Of a stretch of 64,000 bases of DNA, positions 37,701-48,786 are shown one piece after another. The stretch comes from Balanoglossus misakiensis. Lineage: Eukaryota > Animalia > Hemichordata. Location: assembly GCA_040954595.2 (NCBI GenBank), contig CM082589.2:9312894-9376893 (forward strand), in the 5' to 3' direction. Both the position numbers and the translations under genes were made by a program. Each line of letters starts with the position of its first letter. The stretch's first letter is position 1. The notes under the pieces were generated by a model. It saw nothing but the letters and a program-made list of their open reading frames with translations. It was not told where the DNA came from and searched no databases.

Positions 37701-40700
37701 TCTTCGAGTTGAGAGAACGTCTTGAACAGACATTGAAAATTGCCCAAGCTGAGTTGTTAAAGTCACAACAGCGGTATAAACACTATTATGACCGCGGTGC
37801 TAAAGTACGAAAATACATGCCAGGGCAGATGGTATTGGTTCTGTTGCCTACTGACAACAATAAATTGCTCATGCAGTGGAAGGGCCCTTATAAAATCGAT
37901 AGTGTTATTGGTACCAATGATTACAAGGTATACGTAAATGGGAAGTACAAGACGTATCATGCCAATTTGTTGAAAGAGTATATTCATCGAGTTGAATTAG
38001 ACAGTGATAAAGCAAGTTGCTGTTTACCAGCTTTGAATGTCGCAAGTGCCGCTATAATTGAGTATGAGGAAGCATGTACTGAAGATGCTGTAGTAGGTGA
38101 TGACTTGTTGGAGCTTAACACATGTCTGTCAAAGGAAACAGTAGCTGATGTGAAGTTCGGTGATAAACGTACCCATGAGGAATTAGAATCTGCTAGGGCA
38201 TTAGTAAACGAGTTTAGGCACCTATTTACTGATATACCAGGGACTACTAATATAGTCCAGCACCACATTCATCTTACATCAGATGAGCCCATATGTTCCA
38301 GACCTTACCCAGTCCCATATAAGATAAGAGAATATTTGAAGAACGACATACAAAGTATGTTAGAAATGGGAGTGATACGTGAATCTAGATCGCCTTATGC
38401 TTCACCAGTAGTAATAGTTCGCAAACGAGATGGCTCGAATCGTATATGTATCGATTATCGCAAACTTAACAAAGTGACCGTATTCGATCCAGAGCCAATA
38501 ATGACTTCTAATGACGTACTACACGGCCTTGCTGGCGATAAGTGTTTTACAAAAATCGATCTTAGTAAGGGGTACTGGCAAGTTCCTGTTGCTGATGGGG
38601 ATATACCAAAAACAGCGTTTGTTACACCAGATGGAGCGTACGAGTTCCTGAAAATGCCATTTGGTATGATGAATACAGGTGCGACTTTAGTGCGTGGGAT
38701 TCGTAAAATGTTGGGTGGGATGGTCCATGTAGTTTTCTATATAGATGACATCCTCGTCCACACACGTACGTGGGCGGAGCATTTGCGTGTGCTCAGAGAG
38801 TTGTTCAAGAGAATGTCCGAAGCAGGATTTACAGCTCGACCATCCAAATGCATTGTGGGAGCTGACAGTATTGATTTTATCGGTCACCATATCAGGGAAG
38901 GTCACGTGAGTCCATACGAAGACAACGTTGAGAGAGTTAGAAATGCACAACGTCCGAGGACGAAGAAGGAAGTAAGGTCATTTCTAGGTCTTACAGGTTT
39001 CTACAGAGAATACATTCCAAACTATGCAGCAATAGCAGTGCCATTGACAGATCTGACCAAGAAGGGATCGCCAACTAGAGTTGCATGGGGCGACGCTCAG
39101 GAGATGGCATATAAGACGCTTATCCAACGCATAACAACGAAACCGATACTGAAGTTGCCTGACCCTGATAAGCAGTATGTTCTACGTACGGATGCATCTG
39201 ATGTTGGTATCGCGGCTGTATTGATGCAGGCACAGGATGGTAAACTGTTCCCCGTGAGTTTTGCCAGCAAGAAGCTGTCAGAACATGAGAGGGGATACTC
39301 AACTATCGAGAAGGAGTGTCTTGCTATTGTCTGGGCTGTTAGGAAGTATATGATGTATTTGTATGGTACAGAGTTCGTACTGCAAACTGATCATCAACCG
39401 CTCGTGTACGTCGACCGTGCCAAGTTTATCAACGACCGCGTAATGAGATGGGCTATGTTCTTGCAGAACTACAGATTCCGAGTTGAATCCATCAAAGGAT
39501 CGGACAACCATGGTGCGGACTTCTTTAGTAGAGCAGTGTAGAACGATTGACGGTTTTGCTAAACAGCATTTGGAAATCGAGTTTCACGTTATTGAATTCG
39601 CGTTGTAGTAGCAAACTTATAAGTTAGCTTTCAAAAAGGGAGTTATGTCATGAATTCAATGCATATTCATAGTTTCGTTTGTCGCACTGCGCTTATGTCA
39701 TGAATTCAATGCATATTCATAGTTTCGTTTGTCGCACTGCGCTTTTTTTGACCTGGCGTTTGCGGTCAGTGCGCAGGCGTCCGTGTAATTTTTTTTTCTC
39801 CGTATTAAATTTGGAAGCCCACGTGTATGCGTCCCCGTGTTTTTTTTTTACCCAAGCAGTTGCTGGAAGGAAGGTGGATACGACGCCCAAGTACATGTAA
39901 GTTTTGAACATGTCAATGCGTTAGTGAAAGTTGGTAGTGCGAATCTGAGGGGATATGATGATGGATTTTGATGGTAGCCGCCGTCGTGGATGAATACCGT
40001 TCCCTTTGAACCGGCTGTTCGGGAACTCTCTGTTGAGTCGCGGCTTCTCGTGACACGCAGCTTTGAATGAATATACAAACATCACCGTTTCTTCCCTGTC
40101 ATTAAAATTATCGAACGTAATTGTCATTGCAAATATTTCACAGACGGTATTTTGTCGTTTCGTTAATTACTGACAAAAGATATCAGAGCTTTCTTTTCTG
40201 ACAATAAAATATCTTGAAGATCCAAAGTGTCTCTTGCTGGCAAGCAAATTTTCCTCGCGCCGTGACAGTGGGTGTGGGAGGGGGTGTCCCCCTCCCACAT
40301 TAGAAAATTTTGTAAAATAAAGGGCGCGAAACTGCAATTTTGTGGACTCAAAAGCAAAAGTTTGGTGGCAAAAGTATGTGACCCCCCCTTAAACGTTTAA
40401 AAAAACAGATGACCCCCCCTTTTGGACTTCAAAATTCAAGTGACCCCCCCCCCCCCCCCTGGATTTTGCCGGCCCCCCCGGCCGTAAAAACTGAACGGTC
40501 CCTAAGTATGGAAAATAATTGGTAAATATAAGTGTGGTATTATTTCTGTGGGTGTTAAGCGCATTATTGTGTAAGTGTTGACTGCTGTTTAAAACTTTTT
40601 CACTGAAGTCTGGGTGACTTCGAATTTTGGGAAATATTGCAGGATCCAAAGCAGATTTGGAACCTGAGGAAATGTTCAACAAATGGAACCAATTGTTGAA

Positions 40701-41031
40701 TAACAATGCTTAACAATTACTTTGGTAAAAGAAAGTTGATAGTGAAACACAAATTGTGGTATTGTAGTTTGTATAATTTTGCGGAGTCATTGTATTTTTT
40801 GAATGCCACTTTCTGTAAAATTTGATTAGTTCGGATGATTGTTTAGGGTGATTCAAGACGTGAGATTAAACAAGGCAGGCTTAGTTATATATTCATTTTA
40901 AGTTGGGGAAGTGTGGGTTTGTTAGACATTTTGAAGAATTCAAGAATACTAATGATATATAAGTACATACCTCTTGTTTTTCTACGTGATGAAGTCTTGT
41001 GGGACGAGTGTGCAGAACCTTTGCTTGCCAT
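22705..41031 (-). CDS. Spliced RPA1-like (OB-fold + C4 zinc) ssDNA-binding protein gene, ~565 aa. Predicted exons: 41031-40971, 31152-31084, 30509-30411, 30186-30100, 27525-27487, 26299-26201, 25976-25890, 25125-25069, 23804-22705
   Basis: The last exon has ISDHTTAIRLSAWG, VTVRSYLGQKYLST and CIKHNC...CTKC. All eight introns are GT-AG and phase 1, with pyrimidine-rich acceptors. Internal exons are 69/99/87/39/99/87/57 nt (all multiples of 3), and the joined CDS has no stop. Confidence 0.72.
24838..24890 (+). ncRNA. Candidate minimal type I hammerhead ribozyme, degenerate stem II
   Basis: Stem I TAGTCTC/GAGATTA; core CTGATGA (24845-24851) and GAAA (24870-24873); stem III ACA/TGT; GTA cleavage triplet. 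Stem II pairs poorly. Confidence 0.45.
25875..26302. repeat. ~430-bp near-identical duplicate of 30085-30512 (two exons plus the intron between them)
   Basis: Direct sequence match at an offset of 4210 bp. Confidence 0.9.
26938..27283. mobile_element. Kolobok-like MITE; decayed relatives at ~23895-24212 and ~22532-22640
   Basis: Long imperfect TIRs (GGACAAAGTCTCTCTC...TTTGATACAAGACAC) flanked by TTAA on both sides. Confidence 0.7.
28424..28988. mobile_element. Short HINE, same family as 11461-12741, opposite orientation
   Basis: TCAAGGACACGGTGGTCCCAT and CCCATGGTACATACCAATGGGACCC match the reverse complements of that element's two ends. Confidence 0.7.
31357..32056. mobile_element. PIF/Harbinger internal-deletion derivative
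   Basis: Imperfect 19-bp TIRs AGTGCCTTTCACACGTGCC / GGCACATGTGCAAGCGGCT and 3-bp TSD ATG. Retains convergent ORF starts MAEAVSRGNNWSDAE (Myb/SANT-like, +) and MADPVMCSLY (-). Confidence 0.65.
34596..34612 (+). promoter_or_regulatory. Primer binding site, tRNA-Pro
   Basis: TGGGGGCTCGTCCGGGA, the classic tRNA-Pro PBS, 2 nt after the 5' LTR. Confidence 0.9.
35075..39541 (+). pseudogene. Single-frame Gag(SCAN-like, 2 CCHC)-PR-INT-RT-RH polyprotein with two nonsense codons
   Basis: The three listed ORFs share one frame, separated by TGA at 36698 and 37160. LRDTG protease; HHCC/DDE/GPY integrase; YIDD RT; TDAS RNase H. Confidence 0.93.
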
Positions 41032-41554
41032 TGTTTTTGCAAATCGTGATTTCAAAACAGAGATTTTCAATGTTAGAATGTGAAAGTTGCAGGAAATGCG
41101 TTCTTGTATAACAAAATTGCTGCGTCATTACCACGATCATGTGATTTTCTTACTCCTTGGGTTGGTCAAGTTTATTGTCATATATTTGGAGTGCTGGTGG
41201 TTTACACAGGGGGTGAGCTGGGCAGCGCCGACATGAACAGACATAGTATATGATTAAGTGTATGAAGATAGAGGGTCTGCTATATTGTGGCTGCCTGCTC
41301 AGTAATGGGGGCGTAAGTGGAAACAGCGCATAGTAACATTTGAGCTCAACATCAAAGCAACATTTTAGGCGATGTTCTGTAATGTGTTGATATTATACAT
41401 ATTAGCTGTGATACACACAGTGGCTATTGAAATTTGTGCGGGAAGAGGCTGTTTGCACTTGACGGATCCGAAAACGAATGTGATTACGGAAATACGTCTG
41501 CAGTAGGGGTCAGCTGATTACTGGTGAGTGGAATCTGTTAACATTTCGAAGTTT

Positions 41555-42030
41555 TGAAAGTGGTAGTAATCGCCTTATCGGTGATTTTAACGAGTGGAAA
41601 CCTGGGTGGTGGCGATTGTGTTGTTGTAGTTTATCTAGCGGTAGTGTGATTTTGATGATATGAGAGCCAATGTCAGTTTAATTTGAGTTATATTTCCACA
41701 CGTACAGAGGCAAGTCCGATACAATATGGCGGCGACCAAGTGTTTTGCAGAGTTGCTTACGCAATAGACTTACGCAATAATTTATGCTGACATGTCTGAG
41801 TTGTAAAAGTGGTATACTATTAATGTTAATCACTTTATCGGTGATTTGGATGAGTGGATAGGTGGATGGTGACGGTTGTGTAGTTGTAGTTGATCCGGCG
41901 GTAGTGAGATTTTGATGATATAAGACGCGATGTCAGTTTTATTTTCACACGTGAACTAGGTATGTCCAATTCAATGTGGCGGCGACCAAGAAGACCATGT
42001 ATTTCGCAGAATAGCTTACGCAATAATTAA
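41555..42030. repeat. Diverged ~250-bp tandem duplication in the spacer between the divergent RPA-like and Rep genes (candidate bidirectional promoter)
   Basis: TTATCGGTGATTT...TGGCGGCGACCAAG...GCTTACGCAATA occurs twice. Confidence 0.6.
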
Positions 42031-43296
42031 ATTAATAATTCCGTGTGGAAAAGGAAACTGATCTGTTGGTTTATTTTGAGTGATGTATGTGTATTTTTAT
42101 ACTGACATGTTTGTGACTTACTACATTTGCTTCCACATTTTCCTGTTGTGGTTTATCTGAGGAAAACAATGAATAACTTGTAATATTTTTGTCTATTCTG
42201 TTAACAGATTAAGCTGAAGAGATATATCTCAGTCTCAAGGTGAGTGTTTGATATTGTTTTTGACCATGACCTGAAGGGATAAAGGATGTGGTTTTGAGCT
42301 GTTTTCAGGAATATTGTGTGATATTAAAAGTTGTTTGACACTTTAAAAATGTTGGAAATACTGGTGAAATGATGTGCCATGATTGGTGTTTATTTCAATG
42401 TGTCTTTTTCTGTAAATGAGGGGGGCATTCCTGTGTTCATCCTTTTTTTTTCTTTTGGTACATATTAGTCAGTGTGACAAAGATTTGGATTTGAATGTGT
42501 AGACATGGTTGATTAAAGTAATGCAAGTGTGATTTTGTTTGTTGTGAAATGATATTAATCTGTTGATGGTTGGCTATGAAAGTGATATGCATCATTGTTT
42601 TTTCCCTGAGAGTTCTGTTGATTTATAATTGTATTTGTAGTTATGTAAATATTGTTAACATACAGGGAAATCCAAAGGGCAGTTTCAATTAAATTTTAAC
42701 AGCTTTTTTGTGCAAGTTTCCCACAGTGTACACTTTGTGAGTATTTTCTGTATGTTTTGTTGAATCATACAAATTTTCTTAATTACGTTATCTGGTTTAT
42801 TTTGCAGTTTTTGGTCACACAACATAGTTGATGGTAAGTGTTATAGATATAGCAGAAGATTTCAAGTGCATTGTAGTTTGTAGTGGTGTACTCAACATAG
42901 CTGGTCGAGAGCTTGTGTACTGTATGTATGGTGTACCAGGATTATTGGTTCTATCCTGGGACATGGTTGGAATTAAAAATGTTGCGAGACAGTTGTAATG
43001 ATAATGCCCAAGTTATGGTGTAGTTTGATTTCCATGAACAGAATAGAAGTTTGGTGAGCAAAGCTGCTGTACAACATGTATATTTCGTCTGTGTGGCAGG
43101 ATTATTGATTGTAGCATGGGAGATGGTTTTATTATTTGACAGGGTTGTATTAATGCGATTGAATGCTGAAACAAACACAAGGACAAGTAATACAATCACT
43201 GAAATGAGGAAATGATTGAAAGGTGTGGAGTATTTCATCAACAATGAGATGGTAACTTCTGTTTGGTGATGGTAATCATGTTGAAATATTTTTCAG

Positions 43297-46200
43297 ATGC
43301 CTCGTAAGAAGAACTGGAGGAAGAGTGATGCGCAGAAGAAGCGGTTGGGTTTGGTTCGTGTCCCACCAACCAGTGATATTGTCACTCAGGGCCAATGTGT
43401 CCTGTCTGATCAAAACAATGCTAATGAAATGGAAAATGAATGTGGAAATTATGTCCTTCGGGATGCTAATAACTTGCAAAATGAATCTGATGGTGTCCTT
43501 CGGGATCATGATAACTTGCGAAATAAATCGGATGGTGTCCTTCGGGATCTTGATAACTTGCAAAATGAATCTAATGGTGTCCTTCGGGATCTTGATAACT
43601 TGCAATATGAATGTGAAGGTGTCCTTCGGGATCTTGATAACTTACAATATGAATGTGAAGGTGTCCTTCGGGATCATGGCGAAGAAGGTGTAGATTTGGA
43701 GGGCGCAAGTAAAACTATGGCAGATGATGTTGCACATGATGAAGGTGATCAAAGAGGATTTACTGTTGATCATGAAGTTGAGGAGACTTATGTGATGGGC
43801 GAGGTTGATAATATGAAAATAGCAAGAGTTACAGAGAGTGTTGGAAATGATTCACAAGATTTAGATAATGTTGGTACCGAAACCAGTGAATATTTATTTT
43901 GTCCAATTACGTCTGTGATACAGCATGAGTTATGTGTCAAACTTCAGTTACATAATGAAACTACTATTGAGTGTGTAAATGGGATTGAGGGTGCGGAAGC
44001 TGGTGAACCGTGTAAAATAAAGTCAATTGTTGGTGATGGTAACTGTTTGTTTCGGGCGTTGTTATATGCTGTAAGTGGAAGTGAGAGAAATCACAGAGTG
44101 ATGCGAAAAGCCATTGTTAATCACTTGAAAGTCAATGAGAATGCATATTTAGATTTCATAAAGTCAATGGGATATACATCAGTTGCAGACTACATTGAAA
44201 AGTCTAGAATGGATTGCCTTAACATTTGGGGTTCCGAAGTTGAAATCTTCGCAGGAGCAAACTTGTTGAATACTGACATATATGTCCATACCATTGGCAG
44301 ATGGTGGAAACACCCTTGCACTGAATTTAATGAGAGGAATTGCAGTCGAGGTGATGGTATCTATATTTATCATCTGAATCAAAATCATTTTGATGTTGTT
44401 GAGTGTGTCAAAACACCTAACTTGAAAACATGTCACTGCACACATACTGATTGTGATGTACAAGTGTCTAGTGTAAATGTGACTGACAACTGCAAATCTG
44501 TTACAAGTAGTGAGATATCTTCTTCACAAAGGAAGTGTCCAAATAAGACAGGAATTGTGAATGACAATTTGAATGCACTGGGGATTGAAAGTAGAGTTAA
44601 GAGGAAAAGGCCGATGAGTACACGGCTGAGAAAGAAACTGAGAAAAGTGAAATATCAACAGAAAGAAAGTATGGAAACTGCATCTGGTGCAAATGTTAAA
44701 ACAAAGAGCAGTAGGGCTGATAGACAGCGTGCGTTGTATCATAGTAATTGTGAAATCAGAGAGCAACTGAAATTGAAAAGTAAAAGAAAGTACCATGATG
44801 ATATAACATACAAAGAGGTTAAGAAACAGAAATTGTCAGACAAGTACCAGGAGGACATTTTGTTTCGTGAAGCCACAAAGGTGAAATTGTCAGAGAAGTA
44901 CCGGCATGACACATTGTTTCGTGAAGCCACGAAGTTGAAGTTGGCTGAGAAGTACCGTCATGACACATTGTTTCGTGAAGCCACGAAGGTGAAATTGTCA
45001 GAGAAGTACAGACATGACTCATTGTATCGTGAAGCAAAGAAGGGGAAATTTACAGAGAAATATAAGCATGACAATTTGTTTCGTGAAACAAAGAAGGTGA
45101 AATTGTCACAGAAGTACAGGCATGACGCATTGTTTCGTGAAACAAAGAAGGTGAAATTGTCACAGAAGTACTGGCATGATGCATTGTTTCGTGAAACAAA
45201 GAAGGTGAAATTGTCACAGAAGTACCTACATGACACATTGTATCGTGAAGGAAAGAAAGGGAAATTTACAGAGAAATATGAGCATGATGATTTGTTTCGA
45301 AAATCTGAGAAAACAAGATTTTCACACAAATATCACCACGATGAGGGATTTCGTGACATAAAAAAATGGGAATTTTGTGAACAATATAGAAAAATCCCCC
45401 TAGTCAGACAAAATCAGCAGAGACAATGTTCACAAAGGTACAAACAAAACCCTGACTATAGAGAGAGTGTATTGGAGAGAACGAGAAGAGAAAGAGAACA
45501 GAAGACAATGCAAAAGGGGAATTTAGATTATGTTGTTGCTACTTTTCGAAATCAGGTATCAAATGGTCCTGACTGTGTGTGTTCTGTTTGCCGCAGGCGA
45601 CTTTTCAGAAAGCAAGTAATTCTTTGCAGAAGGGATAAGTATGCGAGTAAAATTGCATCATGTGATATTGCTGAGAATTGCATTACAGAAGATTATGTAC
45701 ATAGATGTAGTTTATTATGTCCTGTTGAGTGCCCACTTGAGAATAGTGCAGCTAGTAAGGAGTGGATTTGTTACACATGTGACACAAAACTGTTGCGTGG
45801 AAAGATGCCAGTTCAAGCTGTTGCAAACAATCTCCACGTGAACCCAATTCCTCATGAATTGGAATGCCTGAATTCTCTAGAACAACATCTGATTGCATTA
45901 CATATTCCATTTATGAAAATGCTTGCATTGCCAAAAGGTGGTCAGAATGGTGTTCATGGACCTGTTGTATGTGTCCCATCAAATATTGAGAAAGCTACAA
46001 GTATTTTGCCACGAGGTGAATTGGATGATCAAATGATAAAGGTTAAACTGAAGCGAAAATTGACTTACAAGGGTTCTTATCAGTATCAGTTTGTAACTAA
46101 AAGCCACATTCAGAATGCATTGGATTACTTACAGAGAAATAACAAGTGGTATAATGATGTGAAATTCAATGTTGATTGGGAAAATAGTCTTGAGAAAACA

Positions 46201-48741
46201 AAAGATGAACCCTCAGAAATCAAATATATTGATGCAGATGATGTGGCAGATGATGGAAATGACTCTGACAAAGAAACTAATGGAATATTCATGGACACAT
46301 GCTTTCAGCCAGTCAATATAGCTCAAGATATTCTTGATTATCACTTTGATGCTATAATCTCTGTTGCTCCTGCAGAAGGTAATGTACCTGTTAGTGTTTT
46401 GATGGAGAAATTCAATGAAGCAAAGTGCTTTCCAGTGTTATTTCCAACTGGGTCACCAACATTTCATGATGACAGAGAAATTAAAATTACTATAGGGCGA
46501 TACTTGCAAAGTCGTTTGATGAATGCAAGCAATAGGTTTGCACAAAATACAGACTACATATTCTATTCACAGTATTTATCAGAACTTGAGCAGGTTGTAT
46601 CTAATGTGTCTATTGCATTGAGAAAAGGAACTGCACATGCTTGTGGTAGAAAAGTAACATCTGATGTTTTGACTGACAGAGAATCTTTGCAAGAAATGTT
46701 GAAGTGTGATGAAGGTTACAAGTTTTTGAAACCTATTAGGGGGACACCCCCTTACTGGCAAGCTACACAGAAAGATTTGTTTGCAATGATCAGACAGCTA
46801 GGTATACCAACATGGTTCTGTTCATTTTCTTCTGCTGATTTGCGATGGAAAGAACTGATTGAGACATTACTTCGTGGTGAAGGTGATACACGTAATGCAG
46901 AGGACCTTGATTGGTCTGAGAAATGTGGTATTTTGAAGCGTAACCCAGTAACAGCTGCAAGAATGTTTGATCATCGGTTTCAATGTTTTCTGAAAGATGT
47001 CATTATGTCACCGGCCAATCCTATTGGCAAAATCAAAGATTACTTTTATCGAGTAGAATTCCAACAACGTGGGTCACCCCACACTCACTGCTTATTTTGG
47101 GTTGAAGATGCACCCAGAGTAGACAAGAATTCTGATGATGAAGTGGTTGATTTTGTTGACATATATGTTACATGTGAAATGCCATCATCTGACAATGATG
47201 AAGAATTACATGACATTGTTAAATCAGTTCAGAAACACAGCACACGCCATTCAATATCTTGCAAGAAGAAAAATACTAATTGTAGATTTAATTTCCCACG
47301 GCCACCATCAAAAGAGACATTTGTATGCCGCCCTGTTGACAGTGTAGTGAATAAAGTACCAGAAGATCTGGAAAACGCGGAGAGTCGAGAAGCATTTGAA
47401 ATTGCCGTTTCACAGTTGAGTGTTTCACCAGTGGAGCAAATGATGGCTACAAAACTTCTAGAGAAACTTTGGATGGCAATGAATGACAAGGAGAAAGAGT
47501 ATGATACTATATATGACTTATTTGCTGAAGTTGGTACATCTCAGGAAGCCTATGAGAGAGCACATTCAATTGTTTCCAAAAAGACAAGTATAGTTATGAA
47601 ACGTCAGCCTAGTGATGTGTGGGTAAACCAATACAATGCTTGTCTTCTGCGTTGCTGGAATGCAAATATGGATATCCAGTTTGTTGTTGATGCATATGCA
47701 TGTGTTGTGTATATTGTATCATACATTTCCAAGGCAGAAAGAGAGATGGGTTTACTTCTGGAGCACACGCAGAGAGAAGCTAACAAGGGAGGAAATATGG
47801 ATGCTAAATCTGCATTGCAACAGTTGGGCAGTGTATATTTGCACAACAGAGAAGTAAGTGCTCAGGAGGCTGTATATAGAGTGTGTGGATTGAAATTGAA
47901 GCAATCATCTCGAAAAGTCCAGTTTATTCCAACTGGAGAGAATCCTATCAAAATGAGTTTACCATTTGCCACAATAAGAAACAAAATGAAGGGAAACGAG
48001 GTAGATGAGGAAAGCATCTGGATGCATAGTATTGTTGACAGATACAAGAACAGACCAAATGGGATAGATTTTGATAACATGTGTCTTGCTACATTTTGCT
48101 CAGAATACAGAATAGTTTCAAAATCAGAAGTTGTGAATGTCATTGATGAGAAACGAAAGAGTCCTCTAGTAAAGTTACAAAATGATATTGGCTATATGCA
48201 AAAGAGATCACAAACTGAACCAGCTGTCATCAGATATGCAAGATTCTCAGTGACAAAATATCCAGAGAAGTATTATCGCAGTATCTTGGAACTCTTTCTA
48301 CCATACCGGGTTGATGCACAACTGAAACCTAGTGGTTTTGAATCCTACGAGGATTTCTATCGTGTTGGTGCTGTGAAATGTGGATCTGAATCTGTAGAAA
48401 AAGTGAAGGACATAGTGGAAAGAAACAAAGCACTGTATGAAAAAGAGGCTGATGCTGTTGATATGGCTGAAGAATTCCTTGGTGGGAATAATGAACCACT
48501 GGAAGATGCATGGGCACAAATCTGTCCAGAAAATGAATTAGACAGATTGGAATGTATTGAGGAAGGCAAGAAATGCAATGACGATGATCATGGAGATGAA
48601 ACAGATGATATTCCAGAGTTGGTGGCAAAAGCGCAAGGTGATTGCAGTATAGAGATTGCTACTTCGACATCAAGAGCAGAGATTGCAGATGTGTAGATCA
48701 TTGAACAAAGAACAAGCTGAAGTGTTCTATTGTGTCAGATG
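43297..48741 (+). CDS. Helentron Rep protein with OTU protease domain; Pif1 helicase lost
   Basis: OTU: VGDGNCLFRAL...WGSEVEI...HFDVV. Rep motifs: WFCSFSSAD, YRVEFQQRGSPHTH (Helentron-type Ser) and YIVSYISK. The ORF stops at 48696, and a shifted frame continues RSLNKEQAEVFY (helicase lead-in) before breaking. Candidate upstream mini-exons 42208-42239 and 42808-42833. Confidence 0.93.
43420..43677 (+). repeat. Coding 42-bp (14-aa) tandem repeat in the Rep N-terminus
   Basis: LQNESDGVLRDLDN-like units, ~6 copies. Confidence 0.9.
44790..45360 (+). repeat. Coding 54-bp (18-aa) tandem repeat in Rep
   Basis: LFREATKVKLSEKYRHDT-like units, ~10-11 copies. Confidence 0.9.
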
Positions 48742-48786
48742 TCATTTTCTTTGTGTCAGATGAAACAGCAGTGGTATCCATAGCCT

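Larger units (their letters stand above)
33971..40267 (+). mobile_element. Full-length Gmr1-like Ty3/Gypsy retrotransposon
   Basis: LTRs 33971-34593 and 39646-40267 (TG...CA, nearly identical); 5-bp TSD GTGGG; PBS; PPT AAAAAGGGAG 39633-39642; integrase precedes RT. Confidence 0.95.
33017..40502. mobile_element. Harbinger-like MITE (~1.2 kb net) split by the Gmr1 insertion
   Basis: Perfect TIRs GGGACCGTTCAGTTTTTACGGC / GCCGTAAAAACTGAACGGTCCC and TSD TAA. Internal repeats GTGGGAGGGGGTGTCCCCCTCCCAC. Confidence 0.85.
21092..48741 (+). mobile_element. Giant Helentron/Helitron2 element; right part (helicase and terminus) missing
   Basis: The left end has hairpin GCTGC-AA-GCAGC (21100-21111) and subTIR GGGCCCAAGC, closely matching the reverse complement of the HINE end at 6597-6630. 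Contains RPA-like and OTU-Rep genes, with a G/T-rich + strand throughout. Continuity between the terminus and Rep is inferred. Confidence 0.7.

Noticed and set aside
43276-48628. Many antisense and alternate-frame ORFs over Rep (likewise over both Gypsy elements)
   Set aside because: Shadows of long coding sequence and coding repeats, with no independent motifs.
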